64,000 nt of DNA, from assembly GCA_963785725.1 (NCBI GenBank), contig CAWAWS010000019.1, forward strand, positions 96,001-160,000. The letters run 5' to 3'. Source of the stretch: an uncultured delta proteobacterium (GTDB lineage: Bacteria; Myxococcota_A; Polyangia; Palsa-1104). Position numbers and translations under genes: made by a program. Below are positions 54,046 through 64,000 of this stretch, in pieces (within the stretch, counting starts at the first letter, position 1; each line of letters begins with the position of its first letter). Below the pieces are notes generated by a model. It searched no databases. It was not told where the DNA came from and saw nothing but the letters and a program-made list of their open reading frames with translations.

Positions 54046-54405
54046 ATGAGCCCGGGCGCGAGCCGCAGCAACCTTCGCCAGCACAAGCGCTCTCCGCTCG
54101 AGCTCCCCATCATCGTCAGCGACGCGGCCAACAAGGTCGAGGCGCACATCGAGTTCAACACCCAAGATTTGTCGGTCGGCGGCGCCTTCATTCGCTCCGA
54201 TCTCCTGTTCGAAGTCGGCGAAGAGCTGCAGCTCGACTTCGCGCTTCCCGACGGTCGGACCGTGCAGGCGCGCGGCAAAGTGGTGCGCGTGGCCCGCGAC
54301 TCCGGCGACGACGTGATTCCCGGCATGGGTATCCAGTTCGTCGCGCTCTCCGACGCCGATCGCGAGTCGATCCGCGCCCTCTGCACGCGAGGCTCAAATG
54401 GCTGA
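54046..54405 (+). CDS. PilZ domain protein
   Basis: RQHKR (RxxxR), DLSVGG (DxSxxG), GMGIQF. Confidence 0.88.
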   Translation: MSPGASRSNLRQHKRSPLELPIIVSDAANKVEAHIEFNTQDLSVGGAFIRSDLLFEVGEELQLDFALPDGRTVQARGKVVRVARDSGDDVIPGMGIQFVALSDADRESIRALCTRGSNG

Positions 54406-54739
54406 GACGATTGAGGAAGTCAGCTACAACTACGAGGACGAAGGCAAGCTCGTCCGCAAGGAAATGAAGAAGGAAATCCTGACCAAGGGCGCCTGGGCCA
54501 CGGTCATGTTCTTGTACCAGGAGCTCGATCGCAAGAGCGAGAAGTGGGGTCAGCCCAAGGTCTCGATCGTGCGCTTCAAGAAGTCGGGCGGCGTCTATCG
54601 CAAGCAGTCCAGCTTCAACATCTCGTCGGAGAAGCAGGCGCGCCAGATCGTCGGCGTCATCGAGAAGTGGTACACCGAGGTCGGCCCCGACACCGAAGGC
54701 GCCGACGCCGACGCGCCGGAGTCCGGCGAAGAAGGCTGA
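54398..54739 (+). CDS. Small hypothetical protein
   Basis: Strong codon bias, GAGG RBS, overlap with the PilZ gene. Confidence 0.8.
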   Translation: MAETIEEVSYNYEDEGKLVRKEMKKEILTKGAWATVMFLYQELDRKSEKWGQPKVSIVRFKKSGGVYRKQSSFNISSEKQARQIVGVIEKWYTEVGPDTEGADADAPESGEEG

Positions 54740-54864
54740 GCCTTCCCGGCGCTCGCCCGGCGGCGCAACGAAGGGCGATCCGTCACCGTCCAGATTTTGG
54801 ACAGATCGATCTGACTAGTTCTCGATAGTTACGCTGCGCATGGGATTTGCTGAGCCCGGCGCCC

Positions 54865-55400
54865 ATGCGAACCTACAACGTCACCATTCTCCTGCTCGCG
54901 GCCGTCGCCGGCGGCTAAAGCGTCGCGTCCGCCAACAGCGCACAAGACGAGTCGGCGCAGCTCTCCGCCGATGCGACGAAGCCGGCGCCGGTTTACGGCG
55001 ACGTCGAAGACGCGCTCGCCAACGGCGACGAGTCGCAGCCTGGCGCAGCATCTACACGACGCTGCAGAGCAACTTCGACGACATCTGCGGCGACACTTAC
55101 TGCGGCAGCGACTACTCGAACTTGGAGCCGATTCGCTTGCGCTGCAGCTTCGATGCGGCCAGCGGGCTCATGAAGAATTGCGCCTACGTCTTCGCCGGCA
55201 GCTACGAAGTCATCACGCCCGCGACGGGCACGATCAAGGTGACGGCCAAGACGTTCTCCTGCCATTTGCCCGTCTCCGGCATTCCGCTCGCGACGTTCAT
55301 GTCGACGCTGACCGCCGCCGGCACCACTCCCCCGCTGCGCCGTCCGCTGCCCGGCACGTCGACCTCGATCTACGACGCGCTTGGCGGCTGCCTGCCGTAA
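54865..55400 (+). pseudogene. Disrupted Cys-rich lipoprotein
   Basis: MRTYNVTILLLAAVAGG-TAA (54916, the lipobox Cys position), a frameshift near 55033, then FDDICGDTYCGSDYSN..SIYDALGGCL. Confidence 0.7.
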
Positions 55401-55579
55401 TCGCTCTGGTCGCGCAGCCCATCGGGACGCGGCGCGAGCATCGCCACGCGCAGCTGCAGTCGCAGCGGGTGGCTCGCGAGCGGCGCGTGCGCACGCGCGG
55501 CGAGATCGATCGCGACCATCATGCGCGCGCCCGCCATGCGCCCTTCGTAGACGTCGAAATCGCGCGGCCAGCTCGCCAA
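55370..55579 (-). pseudogene. Truncated N-terminal fragment, DUF695-like
   Basis: W..DFDVY...AIDL..HP..L.V....PRPDGL ends abruptly against the convergent pseudogene. Confidence 0.4.
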
Positions 55580-55594
55580 GTACGCGCCGCGCGC

Positions 55595-57346
55595 CTACTT
55601 CGAAGGTTTGCGGAAGCGATCGAAGAAGCCGCCGCCGCCCTTTTCCTTCTCGCGCCGCATGTTGATGAGGCGCATCTCGCGCTCGGCGTCGAGCAGCCGC
55701 GGATCGAGATCCTTGGCTTTGCGGAACATGTTGTAGGCGCGGTCGATGTCCTTCTCTTCTTTGAGGCAGACGCCGAGGTAGTAATACGCGCGCCCGCACA
55801 TCGGGGACAGCTTGAGCGCCTGGCTGAACAGCGGCTTGGCGTCGGCGTGCGTCGTCTGGCCGGCGCAGACGCGCGCCCACGTCAGGAACGCCAGGTGCTC
55901 GCCTTCCGTCGGATTCAGCGCCACCGACTGCTCGAGCTCGCGAATGGCGCCGAGAAAATCGTTCTTCTTCAGCAGCATCTCGCCGCGACGGAAGGCCATC
56001 TCCGCCTCGAGCATCTTCATGGCCTTGGCGTGCGCTTCGGCGTCGTCACCGCTCGGCTTCGCCAGCGAGGCCTTGTAATCCTCGCGCCGCGCGTCGTCGT
56101 AGAGCGTGCCGTAGGCCTCGGAGATGCGGCGGAAGATCTTCTCGACCTCGCCGCGCAGCGCTTCCAGACCCAGCGACGGCAACCGATCGGGATGGTAGCG
56201 CTTGGCGGCGACGAAATAGGCCTGCTTGACCTCGTCCTTCGTCGCGGCTTGCGGAATCTCCAGCACTTCGAACAGGTTTTGCGTCTCGACGACGTTGGCC
56301 TTGGCGATCAGCTGGCGGCGCACGCTCTCGGAATCGGGCGGCCCTTGGTCGAGGCCGGTGACGCTGGCCGGCGTCGGCACGCGCAGTCGCGGCTGCGACG
56401 CGCCCGACGACGCGTGTGCCAGCTGCTGCAGCGGCGACTGTCCGGCCGTCGGCAGCCGCAAAATACCCGACGGATCGTTGGCCGTCGGCAGCGGGCCCAC
56501 TTGCGAGTGCGACTTCACCGGCAGCGGCGTAACCTGCGAAGGCATGCGGAACGCGCCCGATGCGTCGGTCGGCGCGGCGTTGGCGTTGGGCGGCAGCGGC
56601 GTCTCCGAACGCCGACGCAGTCGCGGCACTTCCGAGGCCGCTTTGACGTCGAGCGCGTCGGTGATGTAGAGCGCGTAGACCAGCGCGTGCACCGGCTGCT
56701 GCGGCAAGCCCGAGGCTTCGACGAGATCGGGCAGCGTCCAATAGCCCTTGCGCAGCAGCTCGGCGACGCGGCCGTCGTCGGGGCCGACGCCATAGCGCGC
56801 GATGTCCTCGGGCGACGCCGTGCAGCGAATGGCGCGCGACTCGAGCAGGAACAGCGCCGCTTTCAGGCGCTCGGCGTTCCAGGCGCTGCGCACGCCGTGA
56901 TAGACCGCGCGCGCCGGATGAATGCGCAGCGACTCCGACTTCTGCAGCCCTTGATCGTGGTCGCCGGCGACATACTCGAAGGTCCCGTCGTTCAAGAAGA
57001 ATAGGCGATGCAGCTTGCGCCGCACTTGCGCCTTCAACGCCAGCCGCACCTGGTCTTCGTTGACGATGCCCTTTTGCAGCAGCATGTCGCCGTAGCGCTG
57101 ACCGGCTGCGGGCGGCTCGGCGAGCGTCCGCTTGTAGGTCGCCTCGTCGATGATGCCCATCTCGAACAGGACTTTACCGAGTAATTCCGCGGAACCCGGC
57201 AACGTCACCGCGACCGGATAGCCGCCGCGCAAGAAGACGTCATGACGGCCGGCGCGATTTTGAATGTGCAACACGCCCGTCGCCTGCTGCCCGAACAGCT
57301 GCTGCAACAGATGCGGGAGCGGCTCGTCGGCGAGGTTGCCGTTCAC
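55595..57346 (-). CDS. DUF4388-like plus DnaJ-domain plus TPR protein
   Basis: GNLADEPLPHLL..TGVL; AKRYHPDRL (HPD motif); TPRs; start may be 57376. Confidence 0.87.
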   Translation of the reverse strand: MNGNLADEPLPHLLQQLFGQQATGVLHIQNRAGRHDVFLRGGYPVAVTLPGSAELLGKVLFEMGIIDEATYKRTLAEPPAAGQRYGDMLLQKGIVNEDQVRLALKAQVRRKLHRLFFLNDGTFEYVAGDHDQGLQKSESLRIHPARAVYHGVRSAWNAERLKAALFLLESRAIRCTASPEDIARYGVGPDDGRVAELLRKGYWTLPDLVEASGLPQQPVHALVYALYITDALDVKAASEVPRLRRRSETPLPPNANAAPTDASGAFRMPSQVTPLPVKSHSQVGPLPTANDPSGILRLPTAGQSPLQQLAHASSGASQPRLRVPTPASVTGLDQGPPDSESVRRQLIAKANVVETQNLFEVLEIPQAATKDEVKQAYFVAAKRYHPDRLPSLGLEALRGEVEKIFRRISEAYGTLYDDARREDYKASLAKPSGDDAEAHAKAMKMLEAEMAFRRGEMLLKKNDFLGAIRELEQSVALNPTEGEHLAFLTWARVCAGQTTHADAKPLFSQALKLSPMCGRAYYYLGVCLKEEKDIDRAYNMFRKAKDLDPRLLDAEREMRLINMRREKEKGGGGFFDRFRKPSK

Positions 57347-57438
57347 GGCCGCTTCCTCGACGATGCGACGTACCACAGCGCGGCGGTCATCACCGCAACG
57401 ACGAGGAGCCCTGCCGCGATCGGATCGGCTTCCACCAT
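57343..57438 (-). CDS. Putative 31-aa single-TM small protein
   Basis: MVEADPIAAGLLVVAVMTAALWYVASSRKRP; GTGA overlap with the J-protein gene; TTGACC-N17-CAGAAT upstream (57479-57451). Confidence 0.5.
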   Translation of the reverse strand: MVEADPIAAGLLVVAVMTAALWYVASSRKRP

Positions 57439-57500
57439 GGCCAGTCCACGATTCTGAAGCGAGCGCGCGACACGGTCAATGCGGAACGGCAGCGTCAGTA

Positions 57501-58631
57501 TTATTGAGCATTTCCGACGCGATCGGCGGCCAACGTAGACGGCACGGCGATGGTCTGGCCGGCGACGGTGAAGTGCCACGTCCATTTGCCGTTGGCGATC
57601 GTGTCCGACTGGTAGTCGATCTGCGGCCGCGCGACCGAGACGTCGAGCAAGCTGGCCGCGCCGTCGTCGACGCTGACGTTGGTCAAGACGAGCTTGTCGA
57701 CCTCGGTCGTGACGGCAGCGGCGACGATGTCGAGCGCCGCCGTGCAGGCCGCTTCGATCGTCGATGCCGGCAACAGATCATCGATGCCGTCGGAGATCGC
57801 CTGCGCCGCCGCGTGGCACGGCACGAGCGTCGTCAGCGCGCTCTGCAAATCGGTGGCGCCGAGCGGCGCGAACAAGAGCGGGCTCGCCGCCTGCAACATG
57901 AGCTGACCGAGCGGCAAGGTCATGTTGCCGCCGGCCAGCGTCAGATCGGCGTCGGCGACCGGCGCATTGGCGTGCGGCGTCACCGTGCCCGTCAGCGTCG
58001 CCTGCGCCAGCTGCTGCGCGTTGGCGTCGAGCAGCACGACCGACGACTGGTTCAGCAGCGTGAAACCGATGCTCGATAGTTGCTGATCGATCTTCACGTT
58101 GCCGTTCGCGTCCGGCGTATGCAGCGTCAGCGTCTGCCGAATCGCCATCGTATCCGCCAGCTGGCTGATGCCGGCGATGATCGACGCGATCTGATCGGCC
58201 ACCGGCACGTTGGCGTACAGCTCGTCGGTGATCAGCTTGTCGAGCAGGCTCGCCAACAGATCTTTGACGAAGCTCGGCAGCCCATTGATGGCGCTCGACA
58301 GCGTTGGAATGTCGGCCGCGCAGACGAGCGCGATGATCGCCTGGCCCGGATGGTCGTGCAGCTCGGTCAGCGCGGCCAACGACGGTCCGATCGCGCCCGG
58401 CAGCACGCCGTTTTGCGTCAGGTCGATCGGCGTCACCGTCGCGTAGATGCCGGCGTAGTCGGCCGTCGGCTGCGTCACCGGCGGAATCGTGATGCCGCCG
58501 TCGCTCGCCGGTGGCCCCAGATCCGGCGACGACGCCGGTGGCTCGCTGGGCGCGCCCGCGCCGGCGCTGCAGCCGAACATCGCCCACGTCAGAAACAGCA
58601 TCAGCGCATATTTCAGAAGCTCTCGGTTCAT
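57501..58631 (-). CDS. Hypothetical lipoprotein
   Basis: Lipobox AMFGC; GGAGG RBS; sigma54 promoter upstream. Confidence 0.8.
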   Translation of the reverse strand: MNRELLKYALMLFLTWAMFGCSAGAGAPSEPPASSPDLGPPASDGGITIPPVTQPTADYAGIYATVTPIDLTQNGVLPGAIGPSLAALTELHDHPGQAIIALVCAADIPTLSSAINGLPSFVKDLLASLLDKLITDELYANVPVADQIASIIAGISQLADTMAIRQTLTLHTPDANGNVKIDQQLSSIGFTLLNQSSVVLLDANAQQLAQATLTGTVTPHANAPVADADLTLAGGNMTLPLGQLMLQAASPLLFAPLGATDLQSALTTLVPCHAAAQAISDGIDDLLPASTIEAACTAALDIVAAAVTTEVDKLVLTNVSVDDGAASLLDVSVARPQIDYQSDTIANGKWTWHFTVAGQTIAVPSTLAADRVGNAQ

Positions 58632-58658
58632 GTTGTCCCCTCCCGGCCGCGAGCCGAT

Positions 58659-58674
58659 TGCAGCGCCAATGCCA
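58659..58674 (-). promoter_or_regulatory. Sigma54 promoter
   Basis: TGGCAT-TGGCG-CTGCA (GG-N10-GC). Confidence 0.55.
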
Positions 58675-58820
58675 CGACGCGTCCAAACGATTACGTATGC
58701 TTACGGCCATGAGGTGCGACATCTGGAGACATCCGTACCCAAGGTAGGCAACAATGCGCGAGGTCAATTGTCTACAGGCCTAATGAGGCGCGGACGCAAG
58801 GTCCCATCTACAATCCGCGC

Positions 58821-59765
58821 GTGCCCGGCATCGGCCTCATCACCAACCCGCGCTCGCGCGTGAACTTGCGCGACCCGGGGCGCGCGCGCCGGCTCGGCTA
58901 TCTCATCGGCAGCCACGGCGTCGCCGAGGCCACGAAGTCGCTCGACGACCTCTATCGCGTCTGCGAGGAGTTCTACAAAGAGCGCATCGACGTCCTCGGC
59001 ATCTCGGGCGGCGACGGGACGCTGCATCACACGCTGACGGCGATGATCAAAGCCTACGGCGACACGCCTTTACCGCCGGTGGCCATCTTGCGCGGCGGGA
59101 CGATGAACACGATCGCGCGCTCGTTCGGCATCTTCGGCGACTCGAAGACGCTGACCTACGAGCTGACCGAGAGCCAGCGACTCGGCAAATTGCACGAGAT
59201 TCCCAGCTTCGAGCGCGAGATCCTGCAGATCGGCGACAAGTACGGCTTCATCTTCGGCAACGGCATCATCTACAACTTCCTGCACGAGTATTACGCGACG
59301 GGAAAACCGTCGCCGACGACCGCCGCGCAATTGATCGCGCGCGCCGCCGGCTCGACGATGTTTCGCACGGCGCTGGCCAAGCGCATCTACAAGCGCTTTC
59401 GCGCCCGCGTCGTGTCCGACGGCGATCGTTGGGCGTGCGAGGACTTCATCACCGTCGCCGCCGCCGTCGTCGAGCAGATCGGCCTCGGGTTCAAGCCGTT
59501 CCGCCGCTGTAACGAGCGCAGCGACGCCTTCGCGCTGCTCGGCATCCACACCGACGCCGCCGGCTTCGTCGCCGAATTGCCGCGCATCTTGGCCGGACAG
59601 CCGATGCGCCGCGACAAAGTCATCGATCGCGTGGCGCAGGTCGTCACCTTCGAGTCGGACGAGAAGCTCGAGTACATCATCGACGGCGACACCTATGTGC
59701 AAGATGGCGTGCTGACGCTGCGATCGGGTCCGAAGCTGCGCTTTTTGCGATTGAACGTGGTATGA
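58821..59765 (+). CDS. Diacylglycerol/sphingosine kinase family protein
   Basis: NPRS, GGDGT, GGTMNTIAR, IDGD. Confidence 0.88.
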   Translation: MPGIGLITNPRSRVNLRDPGRARRLGYLIGSHGVAEATKSLDDLYRVCEEFYKERIDVLGISGGDGTLHHTLTAMIKAYGDTPLPPVAILRGGTMNTIARSFGIFGDSKTLTYELTESQRLGKLHEIPSFEREILQIGDKYGFIFGNGIIYNFLHEYYATGKPSPTTAAQLIARAAGSTMFRTALAKRIYKRFRARVVSDGDRWACEDFITVAAAVVEQIGLGFKPFRRCNERSDAFALLGIHTDAAGFVAELPRILAGQPMRRDKVIDRVAQVVTFESDEKLEYIIDGDTYVQDGVLTLRSGPKLRFLRLNVV

Positions 59766-59808
59766 TCGCTTTCGGGCCAACGTGAGCTCGTCATTTCCGC
59801 TGCGATCC

Positions 59809-60573
<765 letters not shown>

Positions 60574-60600
60574 GACTTATTGTCACTTCGACAATAAGTC
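60574..60600. terminator. Perfect 11-bp inverted repeat between convergent genes
   Basis: GACTTATTGTC-ACTTC-GACAATAAGTC. Confidence 0.55.
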
Positions 60601-60612
60601 GGCGACTTCGCG

Positions 60613-61533
60613 TCAGTCCGACGTAACTGGGAAGACGCCTTTGGGCGTGACGATGGCGTCGCTGATCTCGCCGCGCACGACGCTGTCGGGCCAGACGACG
60701 ACGCGGTCGAGCCGCGCGTCGGCGTGCACGCGGCTGCGCGCGCCGACGACGACGCGCGCGCTCAGCTGCGCGCCGGCTTCGACGTGCGCCGTCGTCGCGA
60801 TGCGCGCGATCGGGCCCGGTGGATGCGTCAACGTGGCGGCACCGGACAAGAGGTTCCAGTTGCCTTGCAGGTAGCGCTGCGGCGTCGAGTGCTCGTGCCA
60901 ATAGCTTTGGTAGCGTAGGCCTTCGATGCGTTCGCCGGCGAGCAGCGCCGGGATATACGCCTGCCGGATCGAGTCGGATTCGCCCGCGCGCGGCAAGCGA
61001 TCGACCAGCCGCGGCGACAAGACGTGCACGCCGGTGAACATGCAGGCGTGCGTGCCGACTGCGCCTTGGCCGACGATGCGCGTGACGCGGCCGTTGTCGT
61101 CGACGTGAATCGCGCCCCATTTTTCGGCGTCGGGCACTTCGCGCAGGACCATCGTGGCCGTGGCGTTGGTTGCGTCATGATGACGTAAAGTCGCGCCGAT
61201 ATCGATGTCGCTCACGATCTTGCCGTTGACGACGACGAACGACGCTTGGCCGCCGCGCGTGAGCCAATCTTGCAGCTGCACGATGCCGCCGCCGGTGCCC
61301 AAGATCGTCGCCTCTTCGGAGTAGTGGAAGCCGTCGCCGAGCTCGGCGCGGATGAGCTCGCCGCGATGGTGCAAGTTGACGGCGATCTCGTCGATGCCGT
61401 GGCCGCGCAGGAGCGCGACGGCGTAGCGAATGAGCGGAATGTCGCAGACGGGCAAGAGCGGCTTCGGGCGCTCGTCGCTGAGCGCGCCTAGTCGTGTGCC
61501 GAAGCCGGCGGCGAGGATGAGCGCGCGCGTCAT
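60613..61533 (-). CDS. Sugar-phosphate nucleotidyltransferase (MurU/GMPP-like)
   Basis: ALILAAGFGTRL..PKPL, LGTGGG; C-terminal hexapeptide-like region. Confidence 0.88.
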   Translation of the reverse strand: MTRALILAAGFGTRLGALSDERPKPLLPVCDIPLIRYAVALLRGHGIDEIAVNLHHRGELIRAELGDGFHYSEEATILGTGGGIVQLQDWLTRGGQASFVVVNGKIVSDIDIGATLRHHDATNATATMVLREVPDAEKWGAIHVDDNGRVTRIVGQGAVGTHACMFTGVHVLSPRLVDRLPRAGESDSIRQAYIPALLAGERIEGLRYQSYWHEHSTPQRYLQGNWNLLSGAATLTHPPGPIARIATTAHVEAGAQLSARVVVGARSRVHADARLDRVVVWPDSVVRGEISDAIVTPKGVFPVTSD

Positions 61534-62390
61534 GTGGCGGGCCGCTCGAGCTGGATGAAGCGGCGATCTTCGACGGCGCCGACGGTCTTGCGATAGAACT
61601 CTTTGGGGCCGATCCAGGCGATGACGCCGGCTTCGGGCAGGCCGCGCACGTCGTGAAGGCAGCGCAGGAGTAAGGCCTCGCCGAGGCGCTTGCCGCGATG
61701 CGCGCCGTCGGTGCCGGCGGGGCCGAACCAGCCGAGGCCTTGGTTGTTGCCGTCGGCGGCGGCGAAGGCGACGGGCGCCGCGTAGTCGCCGTCGAGGAAC
61801 GCGACGTGCAGCGCGCGGCGCGGGCCGTCGAGCGCGCGGCCGGCCTCGAGCGCCCACACCGGCGCGAAGCGGCGGCCGATCCAGTCGAGCGCGAGCGCGC
61901 GCGTGGTTGCGTCGACTCGACATAAAGTATAGCCGGCGACGTCGGTGATCGGCGGCAGCGTGTCCATGGGCGCGCGAATGTTCTCGACCATCCCCACTTC
62001 GCGGAAGCCGCGCGCGTCGAAGAAGGCGCGCGCGTCGGCGTAGCGGCCGTCGACGCCGGGCGACAGGTAATTGCCGGGGTGGTCGCCGACGCGCAGGGTC
62101 GCCGTCGGCTGCTCACGCTGAATGTGGTCGAGCAGCGCCGAGCCGATGCCGCGCCGGCGCTGCGCTTCGTCGACGGCGATGAGCTTCAGCCAGCGGCCGG
62201 CGGTGGCGGCGACGCCGACGAGCACGCCATCCTCAGCGAAGGCGCCGAGCGCCGCGCCTTGCCGCGCGCCGTTGCCGCCGAACAGCTTCTCCTCGGCGAC
62301 GACGGCGATGTTGTCACGCGGTAACGAGCGAGCCAGAAGAGTAATCGCCGCGGGCAGTTGCTCACGGTCGAGGGACGCGATGCGCACCAA
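61530..62390 (-). CDS. Tandem GNAT acetyltransferase
   Basis: AVDEAQRRRGIGSALL and FGPAGT..HRGKRLGEALL..FY. Confidence 0.85.
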   Translation of the reverse strand: MVRIASLDREQLPAAITLLARSLPRDNIAVVAEEKLFGGNGARQGAALGAFAEDGVLVGVAATAGRWLKLIAVDEAQRRRGIGSALLDHIQREQPTATLRVGDHPGNYLSPGVDGRYADARAFFDARGFREVGMVENIRAPMDTLPPITDVAGYTLCRVDATTRALALDWIGRRFAPVWALEAGRALDGPRRALHVAFLDGDYAAPVAFAAADGNNQGLGWFGPAGTDGAHRGKRLGEALLLRCLHDVRGLPEAGVIAWIGPKEFYRKTVGAVEDRRFIQLERPAT

Positions 62391-62422
62391 TAGATCCTAC
62401 CACTCTGCTACGCTCTGCCGCC

Positions 62423-63724
62423 ATGCGCTTAGCGGTTCTAGGGACTGGCTACGTCGGCCTCGTGGCCGGCGCCGGCTTCGCGGACTTCGGCAACGACGTC
62501 ATCTGCGTCGACATCGACGCCGAGAAAGTGGCGCGGCTCGAGCGCGGCCTCCTGCCGATCTACGAGCCCGGCTTGGAGCCGCTCGTCGTGCGCAACGTCG
62601 CCGAGAAGCGGCTCTCGTTCACCACCGAGATCGGCAACGCCGTGCCGGGCGCGGACGTCGTCATCATCGCCGTCGGCACGCCGTCGGCGCACGACGGCTC
62701 GGCCGATCTGACGCAGGTGCTCGCCGCCGCGGCCGCCATCGGGCGCGCCATCACCGGCTTCACCGTCATCGTCACCAAGAGCACCGTCCCCGTCGGCACC
62801 GCGGCCAAGATCAAAGCTGCCGTCGCCGCCGTCACGACGCAGCCGTTCGCCGTCGCCTCCAATCCCGAGTTCTTGAAGGAGGGCGACGCCGTCAACGACT
62901 TCATGAAGCCCGATCGCGTCATCATCGGCAGCGACGATCCGCGCGCGCTCGACGTCATGCGCCACTTGTACGGCCCGTTCGTGCGCACCAACGATCGCAT
63001 CTTGGCGATGGATCCGGTCTCGGCCGAGCTCACGAAGTACGCGTCCAACTCCTACTTGGCGACGCGCATCTCGTTCATGAACGACGTCGCCAACTGGTGC
63101 GAGCGCGTCGGCGCCGACGTCGAGAACGTGCGTCGCGGCATGGGCATGGACCCGCGCATCGGCAACAAGTTCCTCTTTCCCGGCGTCGGCTACGGCGGCA
63201 GCTGTTTTCCGAAGGACGTCAAAGCGGCGATGCACACGGCGCGCGAGCACGGCTGGCCGCTCGAGATCTTGGAGTCGGTCCATCGCGTCAACGAGCGGCA
63301 AAAAGGTCTGCTCGCCGACAAGATCTTCAAGCACTTCGGCGGTTCGCTCGACGGCAAGATCATCGCCGTCTGGGGGCTCGCGTTCAAGCCCGGCACCGAC
63401 GACGTGCGCGAGGCGCCGGCGCTGACGGTGATCGAGCGGCTCCTGGCCGCGGGCGCCGTCGTGCACGCGCACGATCCCGTCGCCAACGAGAGCTTCCACA
63501 AGCTGATGGGCGATCGTTTACGTTACTTCGACAATAACTACGACGCGGCCAAAGACGCGCACGCGCTCGCGCTCTTGACCGAGTGGCATCAGTTTCGTCG
63601 CCCCAACTTCAAGCGGCTCAAAGAGGCGATGGCCGCGCCGCATCTGTTCGACGGCCGCAACGTCTGGGAGCCGGCGGAAGTGCGCGCGCTCGGCTTTACG
63701 TACGAAGGCATCGGCCGGCCATAA
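62423..63724 (+). CDS. ugd: UDP-glucose 6-dehydrogenase
   Basis: GTGYVGL, TKSTVP, NPEFLKEG, GYGGSCFPKD, GLAFKP. Confidence 0.95.
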   Translation: MRLAVLGTGYVGLVAGAGFADFGNDVICVDIDAEKVARLERGLLPIYEPGLEPLVVRNVAEKRLSFTTEIGNAVPGADVVIIAVGTPSAHDGSADLTQVLAAAAAIGRAITGFTVIVTKSTVPVGTAAKIKAAVAAVTTQPFAVASNPEFLKEGDAVNDFMKPDRVIIGSDDPRALDVMRHLYGPFVRTNDRILAMDPVSAELTKYASNSYLATRISFMNDVANWCERVGADVENVRRGMGMDPRIGNKFLFPGVGYGGSCFPKDVKAAMHTAREHGWPLEILESVHRVNERQKGLLADKIFKHFGGSLDGKIIAVWGLAFKPGTDDVREAPALTVIERLLAAGAVVHAHDPVANESFHKLMGDRLRYFDNNYDAAKDAHALALLTEWHQFRRPNFKRLKEAMAAPHLFDGRNVWEPAEVRALGFTYEGIGRP

Positions 63725-63746
63725 TCGCGGCTACAATAGGCAGCCG

Positions 63747-64000
63747 ATGGAACGCACGCTGCCGCTGAGCCAGGATCTCGATTGGTTGCCGCCGCGCTAT
63801 CGCGCCATTCGTTGGGGTGTGGCCGGCTCGATTTGGACGGCGTTGGCCGGCGGCGTCGGCGCGCTCATCTTCTTGCCGCACATGCACGTCGCCGTCTTCG
63901 GCAAGGGGTTCGCCGCCATCGCGGCCGGTGGTTATTACGCGGGAGACGCGGCGGCGCGGCGCGTGTTGCGCGGGCGCTTGCGCAAGCTGGCCAGCGGCGC
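63747..64000 (+). CDS. Membrane protein, 5' part (runs off the window)
   Basis: Open frame MERTLPLSQDLDWLPP.. with hydrophobic segments; TACAAT upstream. Confidence 0.6.
   Translation, partial: MERTLPLSQDLDWLPPRYRAIRWGVAGSIWTALAGGVGALIFLPHMHVAVFGKGFAAIAAGGYYAGDAAARRVLRGRLRKLASG

Overview
High-GC bacterial chromosome segment, most likely Myxococcota/Polyangia-like, judging from PEGA/TonB Ser/Thr kinase, DUF4388 proteins, many lipoproteins and GTTCCACGTGGAAC parS sites. It spans the replication origin: gyrB-recF-dnaN-[oriC]-dnaA on the minus strand and rpmH-rnpA-yidD-yidC-jag-mnmE on the plus strand. Next come bioDAF, a three-copy parS cluster, rsmG, signalling genes, tsaD-rsmA-mutM, an ECF/anti-sigma pair and many accessory genes. 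I found no rRNA, tRNA, CRISPR or transposase. Highlights: (1) a bioF promoter whose -35/-10 spacer is a parS site and whose -35 lies in a BirA-type operator placed between two parS sites; (2) a coupled four-gene operon of catalytically dead M48 protease, dynamin, TPR-dynamin and RNase HII carrying a QLGLF clamp motif; (3) divergent sigma54 promoters driving two ligand-less pseudo-enzymes; (4) a tandem pair of apparent novel paralogues coupled to gyrB; (5) an rnpA with no canonical start codon; (6) an orphan MutH/Sau3AI-like nuclease. All family assignments come from motif recognition by eye; no searches were run. Start codons are best estimates.
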